Positions 29,201-37,844 of a DNA stretch of 64,000 bases are shown here, piece after piece. The stretch is taken from the IMG/VR virus record IMGVR_UViG_3300042308_001511, positions 1 through 64,000 of that record; one strand, given 5' to 3'. Both the position numbers and the translations under genes were made by a program. Each line of letters begins with the position of its first letter. Position 1 is the stretch's first letter. Below the pieces are notes generated by a model, which searched no databases, was not told the DNA's origin, and worked only from the letters and a program-made list of their open reading frames with translations.

Positions 29201-31425
29201 GTTCCTGAAGATCCACTTGTTCCTGAAGATCCACTTGTTCCTGATGACCCAGATGTTCCCGAAGATCCACTTGTTCCAGATGTTCCAGATGATCCACTAG
29301 AACCTGACGTTCCTGAAGATCCACTAGAACCAGATGTTCCGGATGTTCCAGATGATCCGGATGTTCCACTTGTCCCAGATGACCCTGAACTTCCTCTGGT
29401 TCCAGATGACCCGGATGACCCTGATGTTCCACTAGAACCAGATGTTCCACTTGATCCAGATGTTCCACTTGATCCTGATGTCCCACTTGATCCTGATGAA
29501 CCACTAGAACCAGATGTTCCACTAGAACCTGATGTTCCTGATGATCCACTAGAACCTGATGTTCCAGATGTTCCAGATGATCCGGATGTTCCACTAGAAC
29601 CAGATGTTCCTGATGTTCCACTAGAACCAGATGTTCCACTTGACCCAGATGACCCTGAACTTCCACTTGACCCAGATGATCCGGATGTTCCACTAGAACC
29701 AGATGTTCCTGATGTTCCACTAGAACCAGATGTTCCGGATGTTCCGGATGTTCCACTAGAACCGGATGTTCCTGATGTTCCAGATGATCCACTGGTCCCT
29801 GATGATCCTGAACTTCCTCTGGTTCCGGATGACCCGGATGACCCAGATGTTCCACTAGAACCAGATGTTCCACTTGACCCAGATGTTCCACTTGACCCAG
29901 ATGTTCCTGATGATCCACTAGAACCAGAAGTTCCGGATGTTCCTGATGATCCTGAACTTCCTCTTGTTCCTGAACTTCCGCTTGTTCCTGAACTTCCGCT
30001 TGTTCCTGATGTTCCACTTGACCCCGAAGATCCAGAAGAACCTGACGATCCGCTTGTTCCTGATGTTCCACTGGTTCCTGATGACCCACTGGTTCCAGTA
30101 CTACCGGATGTTCCTGACGATCCACTGGTTCCTGATGAACCGGATGTTCCAGTACTACCGGATGATCCTGAAGACCCCGAAGTTCCTGATGTTCCTCTGG
30201 TTCCTGATGTTCCTGATGACCCTGAAGATCCTGATGTTCCTGATGACCCACTGGTTCCAGTACTACCCGAAGATCCCGAAGTTCCTGATGAACCAGATGT
30301 TCCTGATGAACCGGATGTTCCACTGGTTCCTGACGATCCACTGGTTCCTGATGACCCACTGGTTCCTGACGATCCACTAGTTCCAGTACTACCCGAAGAT
30401 CCCGAAGTTCCTGATGAACCACTGGTTCCTGATGACCCTGATGACCCTGATGTTCCTGATGTTCCTGAAGACCCTGAAGACCCGGATGATCCTGATGAAC
30501 CACTGGTTCCTGATGTTCCTGATGATCCATCACCACCAGATGCACCATCCAAATTTACGGTCCATGATGCAGATGAATTAGTAGGACTTCCTACAACACC
30601 GGACGATAGTGGGTGTAGTGTGTTTCCTTTTGCTGCAACAATTTGTCCTGTTGTTTTGTTATATGAAGTTATTGTTGCTTCTATATAGTTTAGACTATCT
30701 ATTGCAAATATTATAGATTGACCTGGACTATATGCTAAGCCAGTTTCAATTGTTAGTGTCCAATTAGATTGTGATGAGTCTATAGTAAGTGTGTTTACAC
30801 TTCTGTACCTATCACCGGAACCTGTTGCACCCACCGGACCTGTTGCACCTGTTACACCACCACCAAAGGTCGCATTTGAGAGTGACTCACCTATATAATA
30901 GTAAATCTCAGCTGTTACGGGTATTGGTCCAGTTGTTTTTTCTTGCCAGAAAATACCCGATTGATATTGATGTATCCAGTTTCTCGCATCATCTGCAACA
31001 ATCTGTGTTGAAGTTCCATCAAAAACTTTTATACCATATAGAGAACCATAAGAGTTAGATATTGCATTATTTACTCTTACACCAGGATATATTCCAACTA
31101 AAGAACCTGTATTATATGCAAATGAAAGACCAGTCTTTGGATCTGTTCCTGAAGGAGCTACAGATGGCCACTCTAAGAAGTATCCGTGGTTGTTAGAAGA
31201 AGTATCTACAACAAAATCCGCAGTTACTAAAAGTGCAATTCCATTTGTCACTGCAGAACTTGGATCGTTTGAAGGTATAACACTTGTCCAAACGTTGGTA
31301 GAACTAACGTTAAAGAATATACCTTCGGCTTCACCACCAAGATCTTTATTGATATCGGTGTTTGATTTACCTAAAAGGTTTTTGAATGCTATATTCGCCT
31401 GGTTGTTCGGTTCTATTCCTGCCAT
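23296..31425 (-). CDS. Giant collagen-like tail fibre (Gly-Ser/Thr triplets) with C-terminal phage fibre domains
   Basis: 2709 aa; four G-X-Y blocks (GSS/GTS/GTR); C-terminal GNVGIGTxxP..LH / ERMRI repeats typical of phage fibres. Confidence 0.85.
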   Translation of the reverse strand: MAGIEPNNQANIAFKNLLGKSNTDINKDLGGEAEGIFFNVSSTNVWTSVIPSNDPSSAVTNGIALLVTADFVVDTSSNNHGYFLEWPSVAPSGTDPKTGLSFAYNTGSLVGIYPGVRVNNAISNSYGSLYGIKVFDGTSTQIVADDARNWIHQYQSGIFWQEKTTGPIPVTAEIYYYIGESLSNATFGGGVTGATGPVGATGSGDRYRSVNTLTIDSSQSNWTLTIETGLAYSPGQSIIFAIDSLNYIEATITSYNKTTGQIVAAKGNTLHPLSSGVVGSPTNSSASWTVNLDGASGGDGSSGTSGTSGSSGSSGSSGSSGTSGTSGSSGSSGTSGSSGTSGSSGSTGTSGSSGTSGSSGTSGSSGTSGTSGSSGTSGSSGTSGSSGSTGTSGSSGTSGSSGSSGTSGTRGTSGTSGSSGSSGSTGTSGSSGTSGSSGTSGSTGTSGSSGTSGTSGTSGSSGSSGSSGSSGTSGTSGSSGTSGSSGTRGSSGSSGTSGTSGSSGSSGTSGSSGTSGSSGTSGSSGTSGSSGSSGTRGSSGSSGTSGSSGTSGTSGSSGTSGTSGTSGSSGTSGTSGSSGTSGSSGSSGSSGSSGSSGTSGSSGTSGTSGSSGTSGSSGTSGTSGSSGSSGTSGSSGTSGSSGSSGSSGTSGSSGTSGSSGTSGSSGTSGSSGSSGTRGSSGSSGTSGTSGSSGTSGTSGSSGSSGTSGSSGSSGTSGTSGSSGTSGSSGTSGSSGTSGSSGTSGSSGTSGSSGTSGSSGTSGSSGTSGTSGSSGSSGTRGSSGSSGTSGSSGTSGSSGSSGTSGSSGSSGTSGSSGSSGTSGSSGSAGSSGTSGTSGSSGTSGSSGSSGTRGSSGSSGTSGSSGTSGTSGSSGTSGSSGTSGSSGTSGSSGSSGTRGSSGSSGTSGTSGSSGTSGTSGSSGSSGTSGTRPIMSLSYSASSLSLTTGSKTLPINPSSPIVNLGWTQGTRVRIWNSATTYMEGQIASSITNPQTTDILVNVDYVVGTGTYDDWLVSIIGDVGVAGSSGSSGSAGSSGTSGTSGSSGTSGSSGTRGSSGSSGTSGTSGSSGTSGSSGTSGSSGSSGTSGSSGSSGTRGSSGSSGTSGTSGSSGTSGSSGSSGTSGSSGSSGTRGSSGSSGTSGSSGTSGTGFNSITTPGPNRILTADGASSNSAIARNNLTFDNNTLTLTGNATFSGNTSVNSLTIYNGVVGTTETNILVLGTDGVVRYKSSISLGGTSGSSGTSGSSGTSGSSGTSGTSGSSGSSGTSGTSGSSGSSGTSGSSGTSGSSGTSGSSGTSGTSGSSGSSGTRGSSGSSGTSGSSGTSGSSGTSGTSGSSGSSGSSGTSGSSGTSGSSGTSGSSGTSGSSGTSGTSGSSGSSGTSGSSGSSGTSGPSGSSGTSGSSGTSGSSGTSGSSGTSGSSGTRGSSGSSGTSGSSGSSGTSGSSGTSGSSGSSGTRGSSGSSGTSGSSGTSGSSGTSGSSGSTGTSGSSGTTGTSGSSGTTGTSGSSGSSGTSGSSGSSGQSDKYATTSTTSNTIVSSGSKTFTVGTGLAYTPNQTVLISSGADYMNATVTSYNSGTGVLVVSVNSGVGLGNTYNSWTVNLAGASGGNGTNGTSGSSGSSGSSGTSGSSGTSGSSGSSGTRGSSGSSGSSGSSGTSGSSGTSGSSGTSGSSGSSGTSGSSGTSGSSGTSGSSGTSGSSGTSGTSGSSGTSGSSGTSGSSGSSGTRGSSGSSGTSGSSGTSGSSGTSGSSGTSGSSGTSGSSGTSGSSGSSGTRGSSGSSGTSGSSGSSGTSGSSGSSGTSGSSGTSGSSGTSGTQGPQGSTGPIGPTGSLALTGNTNNGIITLNGTSPNVTAEQNLTFDGSILNLTGTFSATGSVTIAGPLTVEYVGTASISSTNITEQYWYQIGSVSNPSGRGNIRIIISYTGGNYLPVTYVIDAYKDYTDVTTLSLQKFGNANYIKEVRIVKNENPTTTSTIYYLEGLFSIDQSPGHDMRIYVEKTLGYSLGWTWASGELIKSTQTIDPLNVRWLSRATFPISLGGSSLESLYIANQTNGGATSSHKQWNITDSGSTQSYRLNFNDNTNTVMTLEGENNYVGIGTTTPISPLHINFAGDDSVLSLSRNVVSTTNTAVNGLVQFMNGTYSVAGVGSITAGATQAGSLVFRTGTISTGNRAIASNGVLERMRIASDGNVGIGDYSNTAINPTSYLSINTGPLGTSYSAGTNALHALMIGSPSTGGDYFVMGVDQRMDFAYMYAATRGVGGTKPIIMQADGGGVSIGTFSNTAKMHIWASSVATGFRLQDTTQGVNKALVSDATGHGSWLTYSNILAAVNGVTGSGVVNYVPYWRSVNNLSATSSIYLNGDNVGIGTLSAAARLHITSNTVSAIIASGSTTTDLVRITQTGTGNAFVVEDFTNPDTTQFVISTSGDVGIGTASPSAKLDVAGSINVLSGLNNTSLRPTVSAGTLTNGEIRAYGASGSNYDDGFLRISAGGGTNPGSGKTYIDITGYSTVDDMNNNVVIGTRGTERMRVDRFGNVGIGLTVPTAELHVRSNIANSTIIKTDGVAGEILTATDNLVGSLFSVNDISGIPVFEAFSDNTIVMGDYQAPSLYTTTKQVRAAGLVNSTIYQFSATTYTSAHIDYNVQSGLSTRAGTIVAIWNGTNLEYNETSTQDIGSGTGAITLNVSLSGTNVLLSATTAVGGGIWTIKAIIRAV
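25950..26597 (-). repeat. 9-bp-period coding repeat block 4, ending in canonical collagen GPQGSTGPIGPTG
   Basis: Same units as block 1; boundaries approximate. Confidence 0.85.
26866..27727 (-). repeat. 9-bp-period coding repeat block 3
   Basis: Same units as block 1; boundaries approximate. Confidence 0.85.
27985..28362 (-). repeat. 9-bp-period coding repeat block 2
   Basis: Same units as block 1; boundaries approximate. Confidence 0.85.
28640..30530 (-). repeat. 9-bp-period coding repeat block 1 (GSS/GTS)
   Basis: Tandem degenerate units such as gatgttcct/gatgatcct on the + strand; boundaries approximate. Confidence 0.9.
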
Positions 31426-31447
31426 AGTTATAACTTAATTGTTAAAC

Positions 31448-31456
31448 TATATATTA
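31448..31456 (-). promoter_or_regulatory. Putative late promoter TAATATATA
   Basis: Exact motif about 22 nt upstream of the start at 31425. Confidence 0.65.
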
Positions 31457-31484
31457 AATCTCCAACCGGCTTATTTACAATTAC

Positions 31485-34382
31485 CTATCCCCACGCAAAG
31501 GTTAATCCAGTAAAGTTTCCGGTGAAGCCCTGTGCAACCGTAATCTTAATTACTACATAACCACCAGACGTTGAATTATTTCTGGAACCAATACCTAGAC
31601 CCCAGATTGCACCAAATGCTTTACCTGCACCACCGGATGCCTTCCAAGCGCCTCTTCCATCATCCCAAGGTCCTGGTAAAGTTTCGTTGTATGCGTTGTA
31701 ACAATCTAACCAACCAGTTGTAGGAGTCGACGTTCCTGGTAACTTCATTTCAACCCATATATTATTTGTACCGGTTATTGGCGTAGTCTTTGCAACAAAA
31801 GTTCCTCCAGAACCATTTATAGTTATTTTAAAGCTACCGTATGTCGTTGCGTTGTAAAAAGACCTTATGTAAGTTCTTACACCTGTTGTAGTTGAATAAT
31901 TCCTGTTTGTGATTCCGTAGTTTGGATTTGTTGTTGTACTTGTTCCTATTCCACTAAAATTAGTCGTTGGGTATATAAGAGAACTATTATATACCTGAAG
32001 ACCGGTATTATGATATGTGTTTGTGTCGTTCAATGATTGTGCACTATCCCACAAACCTGAGGTTGTGTTAAGTGTTGTTATGTTAGAAATCAAACTATAA
32101 CTAAGTCCAGCACCCTCACCTTTTAGTCTGAAGTTCTCGTCATCGAAGCCTTCGGTTGTTGAGTTATTGGAAGAAGCGATAATGTTGTCCAAAAATACGT
32201 TGGTTATAGATTGTGCACCTCCGGTAGTATTTCCCTGTAGTGTTCGTTTGGCATTTACGGAAATACCCAATGTGTCATTTAGACGTCTTTTACCACTTGA
32301 TATTATGTTGAACGTCAATGGAGAACCACTATTGAAATCTGTAGAAAGAACTGTATTTCTAAGTTCGTTTCCTGCACTATTTACTAAAGAATCTATTCTA
32401 CTTACTGTTATTATAGGATTTGTTCCAGCGTTTCCTGTATTACTAATATCGTTGTATGATATTGCATTCGAATCTGGGCTATATGTGTTTCTGTAAAGGT
32501 TTGCTATTGTAGCATTGTAATTTAAAAAACCTCCTGTGTAATATTCTATACCAGAAAGATATTTAGAACCATTCAAAGTGTATCCAGTTATTGATGATGA
32601 GACGTATGAAGTTGCGTCTGTGTTGTTATCTTGTATGAATTCAAATCTTGTCAATGTTCTAGTAAATGCAGGATTTGTAGATTTATGTTCTGCAATTATG
32701 TAATTATATCCGTTCCTTATTCTGACATCGTTTGCCTTCACAACCCATGTACCTGTTCTACTTATAAAAGCTGGTGTTGATGTTACGAAAGGAGATCCGG
32801 TAGGAAATTTCGAAAATGTTGCTGCAGATAAAACGAATCCACTAATTGTATTTGTCGATGTATTGTTTATTGTGTTATCTGTAGAAGATAAACTCGCTGT
32901 TGATACTATTACACCATTTATACTAAGTGTTAAGTTTCCTACTTTAGCATCACCAAATGAATATGCTGCATATGCTGGAGTTGGTACTCCTGTATGTAAT
33001 GGTGTATTAGTTGCTAATGTTCCTCCTATGTCGTTTGTATTAGATGCTGCATATACTGAAAGTCTTTTTCCTGAAGATGACCATAAAGAATCGACATTAA
33101 CTGGTGATGGTGCGGTATTTGCACCAAAATATGTTGAACCAGATATTGGATTTGAATCGTCAAAACTTAGTTTTCCGTTTACACCACCTGTTCTTGAACC
33201 TGACCAGTCACCTGCGAGTATAGAAGGTGCTGCAGAAGGAACAAGTGCTAAGAAAAGTTCGTTAAACCTATCTACTGCAGTTCCTATTGGTGTACTCGGA
33301 CTGAAATCTGTAAAAACACCATCGGTATAAGTACCATCACCAGCCTCAGCCGGTCCAATAACACCACCAGTAACCGCATTTGTAGTTACTGATGATCCAT
33401 TACTATCAGGTTCACCCATATATCCATCAAAGTTCCAACCTCTTTGTAAGAGTATATAATCTGTTCTGAAGTTTGCACTTGAACCTGATGCACCACCGGC
33501 CATTCTAAGTGTCATTGATTGTATTAATGACATATTGTTTCCAAATTTAGAAGTAGGTACAACTACATGTTGCCAAGAGTTTACTACATCTCTCTGAAGA
33601 CCATAAGTCATAAGATTCAATGTATTCCCGAATACTGCTGCACCATTTGCAGTACCTTGAATCTGAACAAAAAGACTTTTATTATCTGGAACAATTGATG
33701 TGAATTTTACCCTCATCGAAAGTGAACCAAATATTGACGCTGTTAAACCACTCAAAGGTCTTGTAAACTTTACTCCAGTTCTGTAGTCTGTTCCTAATTG
33801 AACACATGAACCAGATTCATAATCATCTCCACCAAAGTTGGCATCGAAACTTCCGTATTGTGATCCGGATAATTGATATGGTGTTACATTCCATTGTCCG
33901 TTGTTTGCATATATTGTCTCACTTGAACCGATTTTTGTTGCACCTGCTTGGATGTATGCGTATTGAACGAGTATCTGACTTTCGCTTATAGTCGGTAATG
34001 GTGGTGTAGTTCCTGGTTCGCCCTTAACTATTGAAAGTGTACCTCCTTCGTTTATAACAACCGCGTCAATCCTATCCATAGAATCACCATTTGAAAAAAT
34101 AAGGTTAGGTGAACCCGCAGATATACTAAGATTCTCTCCAGTGAATGTATAATATAGTTTACTTGTACTAAAAGTCATGCCTTCGCCAAGGTTGTACCAT
34201 TCAAGACCACCACCCATAAGTCGTTTGTGTGGTTTTACCAGACCATCAACGTAGTTTTTATCAACTAACGATAACTTAGAAAACGTTCCACTATAGTCGA
34301 AATCGTACTTTACTGGTCCGTTGAAAGGGTATCTCAAAAACTCTTCGACCACCTCTGTATTGCCATACCTTGATTTTTGCAT
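31485..34382 (-). CDS. Putative virion/tail protein (beta-rich, carbohydrate-binding-like domain)
   Basis: 965 aa, S/T/G/N-rich; LVDKNYVD fibre motif; WQHVVVP CBM-like strand. Confidence 0.65.
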   Translation of the reverse strand: MQKSRYGNTEVVEEFLRYPFNGPVKYDFDYSGTFSKLSLVDKNYVDGLVKPHKRLMGGGLEWYNLGEGMTFSTSKLYYTFTGENLSISAGSPNLIFSNGDSMDRIDAVVINEGGTLSIVKGEPGTTPPLPTISESQILVQYAYIQAGATKIGSSETIYANNGQWNVTPYQLSGSQYGSFDANFGGDDYESGSCVQLGTDYRTGVKFTRPLSGLTASIFGSLSMRVKFTSIVPDNKSLFVQIQGTANGAAVFGNTLNLMTYGLQRDVVNSWQHVVVPTSKFGNNMSLIQSMTLRMAGGASGSSANFRTDYILLQRGWNFDGYMGEPDSNGSSVTTNAVTGGVIGPAEAGDGTYTDGVFTDFSPSTPIGTAVDRFNELFLALVPSAAPSILAGDWSGSRTGGVNGKLSFDDSNPISGSTYFGANTAPSPVNVDSLWSSSGKRLSVYAASNTNDIGGTLATNTPLHTGVPTPAYAAYSFGDAKVGNLTLSINGVIVSTASLSSTDNTINNTSTNTISGFVLSAATFSKFPTGSPFVTSTPAFISRTGTWVVKANDVRIRNGYNYIIAEHKSTNPAFTRTLTRFEFIQDNNTDATSYVSSSITGYTLNGSKYLSGIEYYTGGFLNYNATIANLYRNTYSPDSNAISYNDISNTGNAGTNPIITVSRIDSLVNSAGNELRNTVLSTDFNSGSPLTFNIISSGKRRLNDTLGISVNAKRTLQGNTTGGAQSITNVFLDNIIASSNNSTTEGFDDENFRLKGEGAGLSYSLISNITTLNTTSGLWDSAQSLNDTNTYHNTGLQVYNSSLIYPTTNFSGIGTSTTTNPNYGITNRNYSTTTGVRTYIRSFYNATTYGSFKITINGSGGTFVAKTTPITGTNNIWVEMKLPGTSTPTTGWLDCYNAYNETLPGPWDDGRGAWKASGGAGKAFGAIWGLGIGSRNNSTSGGYVVIKITVAQGFTGNFTGLTFAWG

Positions 34383-34397
34383 TTCTTTTCTTTATTT

Positions 34398-36812
34398 TTA
34401 GAATTTAGGAACGAACAGGTAAGGATCATATATGAACCCACTTGGGTCGAACAGATCCGTTATGTTATTACCATTGTCTTTGTTAGACCTCACGTTATGT
34501 AATCCAATAGTGTAATCAGAGAACGTACAATTTATGAAATCACCCAATGCTCCCGGACTATATCCCAATGAGTTATAGATTCCTATCATAGACTCAACTC
34601 TTTCAACTTTTACTATACTTGAGTCCGTTAGTCCGTTATAAACAGTCGAGTTGCTTATATACATACTTGCACTCGAGCCCATATAGATTGATTGTGTGAA
34701 AGTTCCGAGTCCTTCACTCTTTATAAGAGAATTACTTATCCTTAGGTCAGAGAAGTTGTTTACGTCATAAACTGCTTCTTTCATACTAAAGATGTTTCCT
34801 TCAACTATAACTTGACTTTTACCACCATCCGAAAGGTATATTCCGTATGAATTATTTCCATTTACATCACCTTTCATCGTTAAATTTCCAGATGCTATAT
34901 GTAGTGCTGCGTTATTTCCACCACTCGTTGTCGAAATATCAGAAACGTCTGCGTTTATTTTAATTGTTCCGGTAGAGGAATCACCTATTCTAACTGCGTG
35001 TACTATACCATTTATCACACCACTATTACCTATAACACCATCAGAATATATCGATTTTGCTCTAATTGTAGAACTTCCCGAATATCCATTTTGGAAAAAT
35101 ATAGTTTCGTACGCACCCATTACATAATCAGTCAAAATTAAATTCAAATTTGTGTTACCCTCCACTGAGAGTCCGTATCCTGAACCTGATTTGGTTTTGG
35201 CACTTCTACCTTCTATGGTTACGTTACAATTCGTACCGTATAACCTACCTATTGCCTGTGTTACGTCTATAGTATCGAATTCGAACCTAATTGTAGAACC
35301 GAATGCTACGACAAGAGGTATAAGTGAAACGTTCGTTCCAAAAAACGATGCATTACCATATATGTTTGCTGTCACCGAATAGTAATCACGAAATCCGTTC
35401 TGTGTGAATTTTACACCGTGATCACAATAGTAATCTACGTTATTCTCCAATCTGGCAACTGATGTATAATCACCTTTTCTAAGCCATATCATCGCCCTAT
35501 CTAACGAACTATAATTACTCGAAGTAACGCCTAACATTGCAGAACTAATTGTTTGATAAGGTTTGTTTGGTTTATTTAAAGCACCAGTTATGTCATTTCC
35601 TTCGTTAGGATCCACATATGCAATCAAATGAGTGTTATAAGAACCACCTGCAGCATCTACATAAGCTTTCGTTACTAACGAGTTTGTTGCGAAAGTAGCA
35701 CTATAGTCTGTCGAATATTTAAGACCTTGAAGGTCTCTGGTAGTTATAGATGCTGTTCCAAAATCTACTACGTATGCTTCTGATTCTTGGTAGAAACTAT
35801 TAGTTCCTACAATTAGAATTCCTTGAGTTGCACCTATACCACCACTAGATATTAATATTCTATCCGAACCTCCATTTCCTGTGTGGTCGAGACTTATTAT
35901 GTTTCCATTAACTACCGTGGAAATATTACTACTTGTTCCTAATATAAAGGATTGTGCAGTATCCATTATTATCGAATTTGGCCCCGAATAGTTACCAACT
36001 AACAAAACTTCAGAAAGTGATGGTTTAGAAACAGAAAATGATGCCCAAGAAGCCGTTCCGTTTCCGTTTGTTGTAAGTATTTGATTAGATAAACCATCTA
36101 CATTTGGTAAAGTATATGCGTTATTTATGTTAACCCAGTTTCCGAGATAAACATAATTAGAACGACTTGCAGTTAAACCTGCGCCACCAATTATTACAGA
36201 GTTCATTACACCATAAGATGTGGTTGAACCAAATGTGTTTATATGTACATATGCTTTGTTTACGGAACCAACACCATTATACGTCTTTCCTGATTCGAAA
36301 ACACTTATTTTTCCGTCTGTCCCTATTGTTGTATCTTTATGACCTATTGAAATTTTATTTTCATAATTCTCTATAAAAGTTGAGTAAGTAGTTGTTCCAA
36401 CATATGTCGAGAATGTTCTATGACTTATTTCGATCTTCCCTGTCATAGTTGAATTATCAACATAGAGCCCAACACCACTAAGTGAAGTTCTATTTGTAGT
36501 GGTTATTCCGGAAGCAGTTACCGATATGTTTACTGAACTTGTTGAACCGTAGTCTAATTGTATAGTTCCAGAACCATTTATGGATGTTATTCTGGATGCT
36601 GTTCCCATTTTTATTGAGTAAGTACCAGAGTAGTTGCCATTTGTTAATGTAGTTTCGAGATCCTGTGATGCGGATAGTGGTGTTATAACACCATTCTCAT
36701 CTTTCTGTTTTAGAATTCCGTCTACATCATAGCCAATTGTGTAACCTATTCCGGAAGGCGTCGCCGCGACGGTCGCCATATCGATATAGCTATTGAATAT
36801 AACCTGACTCAT
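34398..36812 (-). CDS. Putative tail spike/fibre with a beta-helix C-terminus
   Basis: YTLPNVDGLSNQILTTNGNGTASW, LVTKAYVD, YVDPNEGND...KPYQTI (pectin-lyase-like start). Confidence 0.7.
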   Translation of the reverse strand: MSQVIFNSYIDMATVAATPSGIGYTIGYDVDGILKQKDENGVITPLSASQDLETTLTNGNYSGTYSIKMGTASRITSINGSGTIQLDYGSTSSVNISVTASGITTTNRTSLSGVGLYVDNSTMTGKIEISHRTFSTYVGTTTYSTFIENYENKISIGHKDTTIGTDGKISVFESGKTYNGVGSVNKAYVHINTFGSTTSYGVMNSVIIGGAGLTASRSNYVYLGNWVNINNAYTLPNVDGLSNQILTTNGNGTASWASFSVSKPSLSEVLLVGNYSGPNSIIMDTAQSFILGTSSNISTVVNGNIISLDHTGNGGSDRILISSGGIGATQGILIVGTNSFYQESEAYVVDFGTASITTRDLQGLKYSTDYSATFATNSLVTKAYVDAAGGSYNTHLIAYVDPNEGNDITGALNKPNKPYQTISSAMLGVTSSNYSSLDRAMIWLRKGDYTSVARLENNVDYYCDHGVKFTQNGFRDYYSVTANIYGNASFFGTNVSLIPLVVAFGSTIRFEFDTIDVTQAIGRLYGTNCNVTIEGRSAKTKSGSGYGLSVEGNTNLNLILTDYVMGAYETIFFQNGYSGSSTIRAKSIYSDGVIGNSGVINGIVHAVRIGDSSTGTIKINADVSDISTTSGGNNAALHIASGNLTMKGDVNGNNSYGIYLSDGGKSQVIVEGNIFSMKEAVYDVNNFSDLRISNSLIKSEGLGTFTQSIYMGSSASMYISNSTVYNGLTDSSIVKVERVESMIGIYNSLGYSPGALGDFINCTFSDYTIGLHNVRSNKDNGNNITDLFDPSGFIYDPYLFVPKF

Positions 36813-36835
36813 ATTTGAAATTTATTTGTTGCAGG

Positions 36836-36844
36836 TATATATTA
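36836..36844 (-). promoter_or_regulatory. Putative late promoter TAATATATA
   Basis: Exact motif upstream of the start at 36812. Confidence 0.65.
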
Positions 36845-36870
36845 AAATGTCACGTGACCTTTTTGAAAAA

Positions 36871-37239
36871 TCAATACTTAGTTATAGGCATATCGGAAGT
36901 TACCTGAACTTTGAATCCGTAGCCACTATCTTCGTCTGATCCATATCTTGTCTCGGTATAATATCCACCTCTACCGTCAAAACTAACAGGTCCTTGTGAA
37001 TTTGGTTTGTTAGTACGTTGTAATTTCTCATTCCTAATCTTTGCATCCTCACGTGCAATCATCTCTTCAAACGTAAGTCCTTCATCCGTTTCAATCGGAT
37101 TATGTGAGTCTGTAGGTGAGTTTGTCGGATTTTTATAACCGTATTTCCTCATCAATTGTTCGGCTTCCCATGAATCTATCTGAGGTGATTGGTTTATTTC
37201 TGTTTGTTGGTTCTGTATTATCCTAACATCTGGTTTCAT
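36871..37239 (-). CDS. Hypothetical protein
   Basis: About 122-aa ORF; probable ATG at 37239. Confidence 0.6.
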   Translation of the reverse strand: MKPDVRIIQNQQTEINQSPQIDSWEAEQLMRKYGYKNPTNSPTDSHNPIETDEGLTFEEMIAREDAKIRNEKLQRTNKPNSQGPVSFDGRGGYYTETRYGSDEDSGYGFKVQVTSDMPITKY

Positions 37240-37246
37240 ACACAAT

Positions 37247-37801
37247 CTATCTTTTTTTAACTATAAATATTCGGTTACCCTTATCTTCAACTAAATATCC
37301 GTCTATTGGATTCCTATCAAGGAATCTTTTATATAATTTCGTTCTCTTTGTCAATCCGGACTCACCATACTTAGATAATCCTTCGAGACGAAGCATACGT
37401 GTCTCTGGTCGATTCGATAAAAAATTTGTTGTTATATCACCTAAAACCGTTGCAACAACTTTGTATATGTTTGTAGGAACAATCTTTTCAATACTCCAAA
37501 ATCTATCGTTCCATTTGTTTATTTTAGCACTACGGTTGTTCAACAGTACGAATGAACCATCAGTATCAACGGTAACTTCTGATTCATCAACTTCAACTAG
37601 GTATATCACCTCCCAACTATCACCAACTCTTTTAGAAAATTCGGGACCAATTGTATCGTTTTTGAAAACGACCAGGAACTTATTTCCAAAGTCATCTACA
37701 AACTCATACTTTACGTTCGTATCTTTTTCATCAACGACTAAAGAGTCGTAGTGTAAATCTAAATCTTCGTTCATAGAATAAAAACTTTTTAGGTATTGCA
37801 T
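37247..37801 (-). CDS. Hypothetical protein with CTS-like N-terminus
   Basis: MQYLKSFYSMNED; TAATATATA at 37806-37814. Confidence 0.65.
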   Translation of the reverse strand: MQYLKSFYSMNEDLDLHYDSLVVDEKDTNVKYEFVDDFGNKFLVVFKNDTIGPEFSKRVGDSWEVIYLVEVDESEVTVDTDGSFVLLNNRSAKINKWNDRFWSIEKIVPTNIYKVVATVLGDITTNFLSNRPETRMLRLEGLSKYGESGLTKRTKLYKRFLDRNPIDGYLVEDKGNRIFIVKKR

Positions 37802-37844
37802 AAACTATATATTATGGTATCGATTCGGTTTTATATATAAAACT

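Noticed and set aside
25950-30530. Repeat array as a CRISPR array or DGR template
   Set aside because: Degenerate in-frame 9-bp coding units with no repeat-spacer structure, and no cas or reverse transcriptase gene in the window.
25742-30548. Long alternative-frame ORFs (PDDP..., QEHQ..., MFLM...) over the fibre gene
   Set aside because: Shadow ORFs caused by the stop-free 9-bp Gly-Ser/Thr repeat; they have no independent starts or domains.
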